Shown piece by piece: positions 10,119 through 20,390 of a DNA stretch of 64,000 bases (position 1 is its first letter; each line of letters begins with the position of its first letter). The notes under the pieces are model-generated. The model searched no databases. It was not told where the DNA came from and saw only the letters and a list, made by a program, of their open reading frames with translations. Both the position numbers and the translations under genes were made by a program. The stretch comes from Andalucia godoyi And28 (Eukaryota > Protista > Jakobida). The stretch is taken from NCBI GenBank assembly GCA_009859145.1, contig VRVR01000051.1, forward strand, positions 126,549-190,548, given 5' to 3'.

Positions 10119-11783
10119 TCAAGAGAACTTGAGAGTTGTCTTCATGTCGTTTCTATACGCAGAGCTCGGTTTGGTGGTGGCCATCACATGTCGAGCGTAC
10201 GCAGTGCTGAGAAGCCCTGCATCGGACAAAGCAGCTTGTAGTTTGAATCTTGGGTCGCGAAAAAGAGTCGCATCGCTGTAACCGTGATCACTGAAGAACG
10301 CAGCTCGTTCATCAATCGTGACATCTCGCTTGTTCGAGGTTGCCTCAGTAGGCCCAATAGCACGTCCCGGATCCGCCTGAACTTCCACCTTAACCAATGC
10401 CTTGAGAGCCTCCAGACGGGATTCTCGTTCTTTCTGTTCTGTCTCATACAGCGCGAGCTTCCGTTTCCGTTCCTCTTGTTTTTCGCGGAGTTTGGAAATT
10501 CTGTATTTCACACGATCCGTATTCTTCAGACGCAGCTGCGCAGACTCTTCCAGTGCAATCTCTCTCTCCGCATTTTCCATCTCCTTCTTGGCAGCCTCAA
10601 TCTCCAGTTTTGATTTTCGGTATTGGTCAACCAGTATCTTGAGTTCCTGCCGGTGTTCCTGAAACCTTTCCCATTCCTTCTGCTTCTCTGTTTCTAGTTC
10701 CCGTCTCTTCCGATCCTCGATATACTTTGCAAGATCCCGCTTTGCTCGCATGTCTGCAGACACCTGATCGTACCTTTCCCTGGCTTCGTCGGCTTGCTCC
10801 TCCGTTATTCTAAGTTCTGCTTCGCGATCGAAATGGTCAGCCAGCTCTGTGATCATTGTCGAGATAGTCTTTCGAACCTTCACAAGTTCCAACACTAAAC
10901 TCTTTTCCGCGACCTGAACTTTCTGGGAACAAAATTTTGACGCTGTGACGTATTCCCAGAACACATCGATATCTGCGACACTCTTTTGGTCATTTCCCGA
11001 GAACTCCAGCAGGAGTCGTTCGCGGATACTTTTCCGAGACGCTGTAGGTTTATCTTCAAATTCCTTCAGCACACTCCAGAACCGGTACTTCTGGCCTTCC
11101 GTCCAATTCGGTGGACATGCCATGCGCTTCTGTGCAGCCTCGTCCAATTCGCGTTGATAGCTTCGATGGCAATCCGCAATCATCTTTTCATATTCGATGC
11201 GAACCGTGGTGGAGACGTCGTATACGTCAGCAAGGATCCAGGGGACGTCATGATCACTGAAGTCCCATCCCAGGTCTTCCAGCTCCCACGTGCCGATTGT
11301 CTTTTCACTGAATCCGCCATTGCTGGTGGCATCGGCAGTCCGCATGGTGGAGAGTTCCTCGGACGATTTCTCATACGCTCGTATCAACTGATTCAGCCTG
11401 CGAATTTCGCTGATCAGAACATTTCGATTATCGCTAGAATAGGCTGTATACACATCGTGGACGGAGGGCAACGACAACGACGCGATCGCATAATTACGAT
11501 CTCTGCAGAACTCTTCGAGATCCGCATCCAAAACAGCGATTTCCTCTCGAAGCCTCTTGTCGACGGCGAGCCAGTGTGTCTTTCGGCTGTCTTCTGCGAT
11601 TTTTGTCTTTCGATCCTTGACGAAGGACGAGAAATTTTGAAGTCTCTCCATGGTTTCCGATGCCTTTTGATTCGCCGCAGAAACTGTGTTCCTCAGCGCC
11701 TCGTAATCCACGATCGTTCCCTGAAGCCGAGCCTGTGATCCATGATACTGTTTCAGCGCTCGAACAGTCGACACTCGACTCAT
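10119..11783 (-). CDS. Coiled-coil protein, CCDC148/CCDC112-like
   Basis: VDYEALRN N-terminal motif, long E/K/R coiled coil, C-terminal GYSDATLFRDPRFKLQAALSDAGLLSTAYAR segment. Confidence 0.65.
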   Translation of the reverse strand: MSRVSTVRALKQYHGSQARLQGTIVDYEALRNTVSAANQKASETMERLQNFSSFVKDRKTKIAEDSRKTHWLAVDKRLREEIAVLDADLEEFCRDRNYAIASLSLPSVHDVYTAYSSDNRNVLISEIRRLNQLIRAYEKSSEELSTMRTADATSNGGFSEKTIGTWELEDLGWDFSDHDVPWILADVYDVSTTVRIEYEKMIADCHRSYQRELDEAAQKRMACPPNWTEGQKYRFWSVLKEFEDKPTASRKSIRERLLLEFSGNDQKSVADIDVFWEYVTASKFCSQKVQVAEKSLVLELVKVRKTISTMITELADHFDREAELRITEEQADEARERYDQVSADMRAKRDLAKYIEDRKRRELETEKQKEWERFQEHRQELKILVDQYRKSKLEIEAAKKEMENAEREIALEESAQLRLKNTDRVKYRISKLREKQEERKRKLALYETEQKERESRLEALKALVKVEVQADPGRAIGPTEATSNKRDVTIDERAAFFSDHGYSDATLFRDPRFKLQAALSDAGLLSTAYARHVMATTKPSSAYRNDMKTTLKFS

Positions 11784-11996
11784 GCGCACGCGACGTTGCA
11801 AGCCAATGGGAGCAAAACCAAACAAGTTTCTTCAAAATTTCAATATTCTTGCCGGCTTCTTTTTCTGTTTGTTTTTTGATTTTTTTTGCGGTATTTTTGT
11901 TCTTCAAGCAGCATCTTACCATTGGGCTTTCGATGTGATTCGTTTGTGATATAAGAAAACATATCCATCTGTGGGCAGATTGCTGAGTAGACAGCG

Positions 11997-12839
11997 TTGA
12001 ATAATGACACGTCATTGTCATGCATACGGGAAGCATACACCAACAGACATGGTCGATACTGGCCGACAGTAGCACGTTTGTTTCACAGGAATCCGTGCTT
12101 ACGCACGCTCGGCCAGAATTCAGCCGGTGACACAGGCTCCGCATTTTCGACGCTCTTTAACGCAGCATCCGTAGCCATCTATTCTACCATTCGTTGGTTT
12201 CACTTTTTTTGGTTTCACTCTTTTATTCAAATATGGGCGTGAGTGCGCTGGGATGACACATTCGCCTACCGCCGAGTCGCAGCGCACTGCCAAGAGGCGA
12301 ACTTCCAAGACACGATCTCTAATCCCCAGCACGCAGGGCAGCCAACCCAAGCAGAAGCCTCAGGCACTGTCTCTTGCAGAAACTCTTGGTTTTCTGCTAC
12401 GATGCACCAGGCGCAGGCGCAGTTGCAAAAGCCCCACCGTCTTCCTGCCGCCTCTTCCTCTCGCATCTCCAGGTGCATCAATCGCTGCAACTGAGGACAC
12501 GAAAGAGCGCCTGCTGCTAGGGCCGTCAGAATCAAAATGCACCCTTCTCAGGAACACCGTGTCATGCTGAGAAAGTGACGGAGGATTGCACGTCCAAAAC
12601 GTGCGGGCGCTGCGGTGAGATCCATGCACGTCTAGGCGGAAGCAAAGTGTTTGCATGTCCCGCGTGTAGGTCGCAGATTGATCGAGATTGGGAACGGAGC
12701 GCGGAACATTTATCTGAAGAACGCCGTGAGGCATGTTGGGGCCTACCCCCCTTCCCATCCATGGCGAGAGGGCCCGGGTTGCAACATTTGATTACGACAT
12801 GACTAGCAATGATCATCCATGATTAGTGCTCAATGCAGG
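11997..12839 (+). mobile_element. E3: internally deleted, mosaic Fanzor2/TnpB-derived element
   Basis: Left about 270 bp near-identical to 33815-34084 (reverse complement). N-terminal remnant AVRIKMHPSQEHRVMLRK joined through a GTG microhomology (12575-12577) to VTEDCTSKTCGRCGEIHARLGGSKVFACPACRSQIDRD-W(+1)-NGARNIYLKN. Right end resembles E2/E5. Starts after GCG, ends in CAATGCAGG. Confidence 0.9.
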
Positions 12840-12855
12840 CAAAGCAAAGATAAAG
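12677..12855 (+). ncRNA. Candidate omega RNA of E3
   Basis: GGGTTGC...ATTTG, imperfect stem capped by the GNRA loop GCAA at 12806-12809, AGTG..CAATGCAGG end: same layout as E2/E5. Confidence 0.55.
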
Positions 12856-13028
12856 CAGCTGTAATGATTGTCACAACAACATGCGTCTCTTTTGATTCGA
12901 AGTTTTCTCGAGTCCTCGACAAATGGGCCGATTTTTCTTTCTTATTCATCGACCCTGATGCCTTATCTTTACTTTTCTTTCTCTGTTCGTGGCACGATAA
13001 CGTACGCATTTCCCCGAGTATTGATCCC

Positions 13029-14249
13029 ATGCTGGTACCGATCCGATGTTGTGTGATTGCGGTTGTGGTGTTCGCGTTGTTTGCTCAACCCATGTTCACT
13101 TTTCAAATCGAGCCAATTATTTTGTTCCCGGGGCTCTCAGGTTCGCTGCTGGAGGCAAAGCTGTCGCATGTCGAAGGTGGACCTCATTGGATCTGTCAAA
13201 AGAACTCGGACTGGGAGCTGGTCTGGTTTAAAACAATTGAATTCATCGATATGCAACTTTTGGAATGCGCTGTTTTTGACATGTTTCTGACATGGAACTC
13301 GACCTCCAAAGAGTTTGAAGGCACGAAGGGTGTTGAAGTTCGCGGAAAGGACTTTGGCGGGATTGAAGGTGTGGCGCAATTTGGCCAAAACTCATATTTC
13401 GGACTCATGATCAACTATTTTGTGTCGAATTTCGGGTACGTCGCGGGAAAGAGCATCCGCGGTGCTCCCTATGACTGGCGCTGGACCGGTTTGGAATGCT
13501 CGACAAACGGAATTTACGCACAAGTGCAAAAGCTGGTGGAGGACACATACGAGATGAATTCCCAAACCAGGGTCAATTTGCTGGGACATTCAATGGGTGG
13601 ACCTTGGCTGCACTACTTTTTGCAAAATTTCGTGACGCAAGATTGGAAGGACAAGTACATTTCGCGGTTCTGGGGGCTTGCGGGCGCCTGGCTGGGTGCG
13701 CCCTACGCTTCTTTTTCTCTTGCTTCAGGACCACCAACGGGTTTCCGCGGATCAAGCATCGTCAACGACTGGCTTGTTGGAATGCCGTCTGTCAACTGGA
13801 TGGTACCGAGACCGCCGTTCTTTGACATTAATGCGGTTCCAATTGCCCAGACTCCCGAAGGCACGTTTACGATGAATCAGTTCGCGCAACGCTATTGGCC
13901 ACAGAATTCCTTCGAGATTTATGAGAATTACAACGCCATTCAAGCATTTGCAAAGGTTAACGGACCTGGAGTGGACGTCGCCTGTGTGCACGGATACGGT
14001 ATTCCGACGCCTTCGGTCGCAAAGTACAATGTTACGGTCATCAAGCCCGGCGTGCAACCGTTTGATTTCGTGTACGTGGATGGTGATGGAGTTGTCCCCG
14101 AGACCACGCTGGACTGGTGCAATACATGGACGACCACAAACCACGGCCACGAGGTGCTTGTCCTTCCGTACTTCAATGCTACGCATGACGACATTGTGCG
14201 GATGCCCGTGATTTGGGAGCTCATCTCGTCCTACGTCGTCAAAAAGTAG
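13029..14249 (+). CDS. LCAT / lysosomal phospholipase A2 (PLA2G15)-family acyltransferase, secreted
   Basis: Signal peptide; PIILFPGLSGSLLEAK, GAPYDWR, GHSMGG (catalytic Ser), DGDGVVP and H-D-D-I-V motifs. Confidence 0.9.
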   Translation: MLVPIRCCVIAVVVFALFAQPMFTFQIEPIILFPGLSGSLLEAKLSHVEGGPHWICQKNSDWELVWFKTIEFIDMQLLECAVFDMFLTWNSTSKEFEGTKGVEVRGKDFGGIEGVAQFGQNSYFGLMINYFVSNFGYVAGKSIRGAPYDWRWTGLECSTNGIYAQVQKLVEDTYEMNSQTRVNLLGHSMGGPWLHYFLQNFVTQDWKDKYISRFWGLAGAWLGAPYASFSLASGPPTGFRGSSIVNDWLVGMPSVNWMVPRPPFFDINAVPIAQTPEGTFTMNQFAQRYWPQNSFEIYENYNAIQAFAKVNGPGVDVACVHGYGIPTPSVAKYNVTVIKPGVQPFDFVYVDGDGVVPETTLDWCNTWTTTNHGHEVLVLPYFNATHDDIVRMPVIWELISSYVVKK

Positions 14250-14375
14250 TGAAGGTTCAACGTCGACATTAATCATATTTAAAATTAATTAAAAAAGATA
14301 TTAAAAAAAAAAAAGATAAAAAGAAAACCTGAATGGAGAAAAAAGAACCCCCTTTACATACACGCAGTCGACGAG

Positions 14376-15443
14376 TTACTGCGATTGCGCCACTCCAACA
14401 AGAGCGCCAAAGTCGACAAACTCTCCTTCGGAGACGTCTTGCATGACCCATCTTCCTGATGCGTCGTAAAACCCACTGATGCTCATGCCGTTCTTGAGCA
14501 TGAATGTGCCGCCCTTCGTCGGGAATGGTTGTCCATGGAACTTGCCGATCGTAGGAAGCTCCACATACGGCTGCTTCTCATCTGCAAACGGATCAACAGA
14601 ATTCCATTTGCTCCACGTGATTGTGGCTCGATCCTGCGCATAGATGTATTCTCCCTTGCCGTCCTTGCAGCCCTTCGCGAACTTTCCGCGGTACACATCT
14701 CCATTTGCATAGTAGTAGATACCGATTCCATGAAGCTCATCGTCAGCAAAAGTGCCTTCGTAACGTGAACCATCCTTGTACCACAAAATGCCATGTCCAT
14801 GCTTCTTCCCGTTCTTGTATCTACCAAGATACTTTGACTGCACCTCCTTGAACACATACAAGCCACGACCATCCATCTTGACCACTCCAGTTTCTTCATC
14901 ATGCTGCACTTCGCCGCAGAAAAGATCTCCACCGACATACAGCGCTCGCCGATCCTTCACTCGGGGGTTGTCTGACCAAACTCCGAGGTTGACAATTCTC
15001 TGAATATCCCACTCTTTGAGAGTCTGGCCTTCAACCGCGAGCTGTGCTTTAACAAACTCCGCAGTAAAGTCGCGAGTATCCGGGGCCTCTGGGTTGTCCT
15101 CAGGCGCCTCGTACTCTGGCAATTTGAAGGAGCCATAAGCATCGAGGACCGCGAGCTCCTTCTCTTTCAGGCAAAAAGCATCCCGGCCTTTCTTCTTCAT
15201 TATGAGATCCACAAGGTTTGTCTCGACCGGTGCATTCCGAACAGCCCAAGAAATCAGAACATCGCCGTTTCGAGGGTTCTTCACAGAGATGACAGATGGG
15301 TCTTTTTTGATTAGCGCATACAATGCAGAATACCTTTTCTCTGTTGCCAATTGCCACGCTGCAGGAAGATCCGCTTCTTCATTGTACTCCTCCTCTGCAA
15401 CCGCTACTGGTTCCACATTTTCCTCAGGCGCAGGATCCGACAT
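14376..15443 (-). CDS. MORN-repeat protein (radial-spoke RSP1/RSP10-like) with ankyrin-like N-terminus
   Basis: Repeats YLGRYKNGKKHGHG, YEGTFADDELHGIG, YRGKFAKGCKDGKG. Confidence 0.8.
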   Translation of the reverse strand: MSDPAPEENVEPVAVAEEEYNEEADLPAAWQLATEKRYSALYALIKKDPSVISVKNPRNGDVLISWAVRNAPVETNLVDLIMKKKGRDAFCLKEKELAVLDAYGSFKLPEYEAPEDNPEAPDTRDFTAEFVKAQLAVEGQTLKEWDIQRIVNLGVWSDNPRVKDRRALYVGGDLFCGEVQHDEETGVVKMDGRGLYVFKEVQSKYLGRYKNGKKHGHGILWYKDGSRYEGTFADDELHGIGIYYYANGDVYRGKFAKGCKDGKGEYIYAQDRATITWSKWNSVDPFADEKQPYVELPTIGKFHGQPFPTKGGTFMLKNGMSISGFYDASGRWVMQDVSEGEFVDFGALVGVAQSQ

Positions 15444-15572
15444 TCTATCTTCAGATGGAATCTTTCGTGGGAACGCTCCACTGTTTTTAATTAATCAATA
15501 TTGAAAGTAATCCTAGAACTGCTGAATATTTTTGGGAAAGAAGAAAACATGTGAAAACGGGACTGGGAGAAT

Positions 15573-16016
15573 GGATCCTGCAGAGAAAACGGTTGACTGT
15601 TTTGTGTATGAAACATCAAACAACATCATACCGGACGTTTGCTTATCTAACCCTACGGAGACGCGATGTGTTCCTACCGTAGTCAAGTCCAGAATTTCTT
15701 TCACCATTTTCTTTCTTCTTTCCATGTTTTTCTGTGTGTCTTTTATCGAACACTGAAGCACCTTTCATCAAGGACAAAGCATCGCATGGTTCCAAAGACG
15801 GGTCTTCCCGACAAACTCAATCCGGCCATGCCCGAAGATGCCGAGAACCAAGGAACCCGTTGATTCTCTCTCGTCGGAGGCGGAGAGCAAGAAGAAGCAG
15901 TGATGACCCTTTGATGCAGAGCAATCTGCATTGAAGAGTTGGTGCTCGCCCAAACTGGATCTGTCTTCGGTGACAGCTTATCCGATGTTCAATGATGATT
16001 CATGCTTTGGCAGCGG
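15573..16016 (-). repeat. Dispersed repeat family C, copy 1
   Basis: Clear similarity to 48733-49147, strongest over 15745-16016. Homology stops at CCG|CTGCCA on the minus strand. No shared reading frame. Confidence 0.8.
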
Positions 16017-16608
16017 GCAAAATAAATCTGTCCCCCGTTTGGCCTTTTAAATTACAATGGCAGTTGTAACTACGCTGTTACGTGTTTGGACCCAGCACTG
16101 TGGAGAATGTCGAGTGCTGCAACTTGCGTCGTCGTCATCATCAGTGCCGGCGCCATCCTTTTAACTTCCTCCCGTGACAGAGGGTCGAGGGAAAAGGAAA
16201 AGGGAAAAGGGAGGACGGCGATTCTTGTCGGTGGTGTGGCTATTTTCCGAAGGATTTACTGGAGTCTTGCATGACAGTTTGGGGTCGTCGGGACGGCACA
16301 GAAGGACAGAGTATGGTACAATTTGTAAAGAACATTGGCACGCAGTCAAAAAACAACAACAACATGATGATGATGAAATGAGCGGGTAGCCGAGCGAAAA
16401 TGCAGCCCCGAGCACTCGCGGGTTTAGGATTTCTTTGGGTGGTGAAAATAAAGAACGAATACTAATAGCTGCAACCAGAGTTCGAGTACTGAGGGGAAAA
16501 GGACCTGCTTTCAAGCTGCAAAAAAAAAAAGAGACGCAAGAACCAAGAAAATACAAACACGAATAGAAAAAGCAAACGTGCAAAAGCGCGTCTAGCATGA
16601 AACAGAAG

Positions 16609-17222
16609 CTAAGCATCCAGCTTCGGCTGAGGCATGAGCAGCGTGTTCAGACGCACGGGAATAGCAGGCATCTGGCTCATGACGCCACCCATTTGGCTCA
16701 TGCGAGTGAGAATTGCAGAGACATTTGATCGAAACTGCACCATCAACTCAAAATTGTCTTCCAGACGGGAATTGCACAGATTATCACGAATAGATGCAAT
16801 AATTCGGATGTTTTCTTGCATGCAGCGCTGAATAGACCTTTCCAGTTCTTCTCGCTTCGTATTGGCGGCGGATGAGGTGTCATTTCCTGCACTGGCCATG
16901 ATGGCGGCAATACCCTGGCCCATCTGCGAGGCCTGTGGATTCGACGCATTCGCACCAATGACGGACTGTGATCCGGTATTTGACTGAGGAGCCTGAGATG
17001 GCATGAGTTGCATCCAAGAGGGATTGCTGGCCGCATTTTGAGTATTCATTACGGATGCCACATTTCCGCCGCCACTGGGTGATTGATTGGGATTCGACAA
17101 AAACGACATTGCTTGCGGCGTCGCTCCAGACGGACCATTGAGCGCTGCGTTCAAGCTCATCCCGTTCATACCAGGAAATCCGGCAGCACCGCCCGCACCT
17201 TGCATGAACATGCCTTGTGGAG

Positions 17223-17257
<35 letters not shown>

Positions 17258-18747
17258 ATTTGTGCTTGAGCAGCGTTGAACGCAGCGCTAGCGGTAATCA
17301 TTCCGTGCAATGCAAGACCAGAGTTCGTCATCCCTTGTCCTTGGTTTCCGGATGCCTGGGGGTTCTGGGGTTGTCCGCTCGGAGACTGGGCGACACCATT
17401 CTGGTTATTATTCTGCATAAGCAGCTGTTGCTGATGCGAGAATAAATGAGCGCCGATATTTGATGCAGATTGGGAAGGAGCAGGCGAAAGCGTCTTTTCA
17501 TCATCTTGCATTCCGGCATTCGCTTGCCGTCCACCTTGCTGACCAGCGCTCGACAATGCAGTCGCAGATGAAAACGGACTTCCAGACATTGATGACACAT
17601 AATCGTCAACAAGTTTGTGCACAACCTCTCTGATCGATCTGTTCTTCACCATTGCTGCAATTTTTGCGTAATGGACAGCCTTGTTCTGCCCGCTGACAAA
17701 CGGATGCTGCCTAATGGCTTCCTTCAGCCTAGCAATATCATCAGCGCCCCAACTTGCATCAATTTGCAAAAATGAGGTATCGTTGAACTCGGTCCTGGCC
17801 TCGCCATTTTGCAGTCTCTGCAAAATCATCTTTGAATTTGCATCTGTCAACGAAAGAAAGCTAGCTTGCGACTGTGTCTGTTGAGGCATAAACGATGTGC
17901 TTTGGGAAGACCCGGAAGGAGAAATAGAAGACTGCTGCTGCAACGCTTGCTGCTGCTGTTGTTGTTGTTGCTGTTGAGCATTCATTGAGTTCTGAAAGGG
18001 CATTCGTCCTTTCACCAACGCCGCCGCTGCCGCTGCGGCGACATTTGGATTCGTCTGTCCAAGAAACTGCCCAGCTGGACTCTGCGTCTGCCCTTGACCC
18101 TGCGTCAGCGGCTGCGGTTGAGCAAAAGAACTTTGTGCATTCAACCCTACATTCATGCCACCTTGCTGTTGCAGCAAACTGAGCGCAGCCATCGGATTCG
18201 AATTCATCATCTGCAGAAACAAAGGATTGTTCATAACACTTGCGTTGGATGCTGCATTTGCGTTCGGTCCATTGGTCGCATTTCCAGTGGAGTTCGGATT
18301 CGCATTCGCACCAGAAGCGTTCCTCTGTGCTGCAGCCTGCTGGAGTGAAAACTGTTGCAACATTGCAAATTGCTGCGGCGTAATTCCACCAGACCCCATT
18401 CCATTTGCTGCCGCAGAAGACGTAGCCGCCGCATTCGAAGACGGCGAAGGAGTCGCCTTTGGGCCATTTTCTGGTTTATTCGACTGAGCCTCAAGCTGAT
18501 TTCATCATCATCACGCACACATGCAGAGAGAAGACATTGGTAAGTCAACAAAACATAAAGTAGAAGAGAAAGCCGCCGTGGAAGAACAGAAAGAGGTGAA
18601 TAAAAGCAACCATACCTGTCTGATAAGAAGTATTTGTTGTTGATAGATGCGTTCGCGTTGCTGAAGCAAGTTTTGGAACGCATGGAGCGATGATCCAGAG
18701 CCACTTCCAGCTGGAGGCTGAGGATTCTGTGAGCCTCTGTTGTCCAT
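16609..18747 (-). CDS. Q/N-rich protein with Myb/SANT-like domain and C-terminal DUF3755-like domain; two exons (18616-18747, 16609-18495)
   Basis: WGADDIARLKEAI..HYAKIAAMVKNRSIREVV and ENIRIIASIRDNL..NFELMVQFRSNVSAILTRMSQMGGVMSQMPAIPVRLN. A phase-0 GTATGG...CAG intron at 18496-18615 joins the frames. Confidence 0.75.
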
Positions 18748-19794
18748 CTTGTGAAAGTCAACAATTAAAACGAAAAGAAAAGAAAAGAAAGAACGAATAA
18801 AATAAATAAATAAATAAATGAATGGATGAATGGATGAATGGATGAATAAACAATACAAATAACAAAAAAGTGTAGCCTGAAAAGAAAGAAGAAGAGGGGA
18901 AAAAAGAAAGAGCAAAGAGTCAAATGCAGATCGCACCAGAGGCGAGAAAAGACCTGGAGTAAGAACGAAAAGGTTGATCAAAGGATCAGAAGAAGCATAA
19001 GAGGAAAGAAGAAGAAGAAAGCCAAAAAAATAAGAGAAAAATAAGGTCGAATATCGAGCATCGCCGATCGAGGCGGAAGCAAAAAAATACAAAGGAGAAT
19101 AATAATAATTATAATAAAAAAATGCTCTCTGGACGGGGAGAGGGGTGGGGGATGGGGGGGCGCCCTTCTTGGGGGGAAATCGGGCAGCGGACCGTCGATC
19201 TACAGCCTTTTCTTTTTTTGGAGGGTCGGCTTCCACTTGTCTGAATGCGAATTGCAGGATGTTTTTGCCGCTCGCGAGACGACCTGTTTTGGATAGTCTT
19301 GATCACAGGGTTTTTTTAATTCCCTTCTTTCCTTTTTTCTTTTACGACGGGGAATCCCAGTTCTCTCTCTCGACATGGGCGGTTTGCAGCGCCACAAGCT
19401 TCTCACTCTCACTCTCACTTTGTGTCTGGCGTTGAGATCGCGGATTGGCAAACCGCATCTCGCGGGGCTTTCATTCGCCCCCCGTCTCCGCGCGCCCATC
19501 GGCAGTTTTTGACATGAAGCAGCAACAACAACAACAACAATAATAATAATAACAATAAAAATAACAACAACAATAATAATAAATTAATAAACACATATTT
19601 ACAGTGTCCAGAATGTGTGCAGAAGACTGTGGCCGTTGACCAATTAATTGGTGCGTGCTGTTCTGGCAGTCATCGTTCAAACCTTATCATCACACACACC
19701 CTCATCATCGCCAGCGCAAAGAAATGGACGGACAGACGTTTACATCATAAAAGCAACCCCAGGGTTACAAAAGAACTCCACCAGAAGAATCAGA

Positions 19795-20136
19795 CTAAGT
19801 TCGAAGGTTTCTCGGATCTGCAAAATCTGCATCTGCAGAGGCTTGCTTAAAGGAAATATCCTCGTCTTGGCGCTGCTTTCGTTCCGTAGCAATGCGCTGC
19901 TCGGCTTTCTGCGCTGCAAGCTCTCGCTGCTCCTTCGTCGGGGTGGCAGCTGAGGCACTTTCAGCACCACCTCCGGAGCTGCCTCCGCTGGATCGACGGC
20001 GATTCGGGAGCATGCGGCCTTTAATGGCGTCAATCATCCTTGCGAAAATGTGTGCGATGTCTTCTCGAATTGCTTTGCCAAAGCATCTCTCTAATTCATT
20101 TCGGGGGGCAAGTGCTTTCCCCAATATGCGGACCAT
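19795..20136 (-). CDS. Small hypothetical protein (113 aa)
   Basis: ATG ORF flanked by A/T-rich UTR-like DNA; G/S linker followed by a charged helix. Confidence 0.4.
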   Translation of the reverse strand: MVRILGKALAPRNELERCFGKAIREDIAHIFARMIDAIKGRMLPNRRRSSGGSSGGGAESASAATPTKEQRELAAQKAEQRIATERKQRQDEDISFKQASADADFADPRNLRT

Positions 20137-20390
20137 ATATTGTTTTGTTGCTGCTCTTCGTTTGTTTTATTTTGTATGCTTGTTTGGTTTGTGCGAGAGG
20201 TTCTGTTCCATTGAACTGTCTTGTGCTGGAAAATTTTCTCTGTTCAAGCAGATTTTTGACGCACGGTGTGCCTTTCCTGACGAGCAAAGTCGAATGTCTC
20301 ACACAAGACAACTTGGTTTTCTTTTTCAATTCTTTTTTTTTTACATTTCGTAGAGGCACATAAAGAATGAGATAATAATTTACGGACTGA

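Noticed and set aside
12825-12845. Element ends TGCAG|G look like 3' splice sites (introner/IStron idea)
   Set aside because: The left ends begin with CT/TT, not GT, no group I core was seen, and all copies are intergenic.
15960-15985. Family C minus-strand peptide AVTEDRSS resembling Fanzor VTEDCTS
   Set aside because: No Cys pattern or DRD follows and the frame is broken in copy 2; likely chance.
19795-20136. SelK/SVIP-like or ribosomal S13-like identity for the 113-aa ORF
   Set aside because: Only a few residues match, the stop is TAG (no Sec), and the S13 core is absent.
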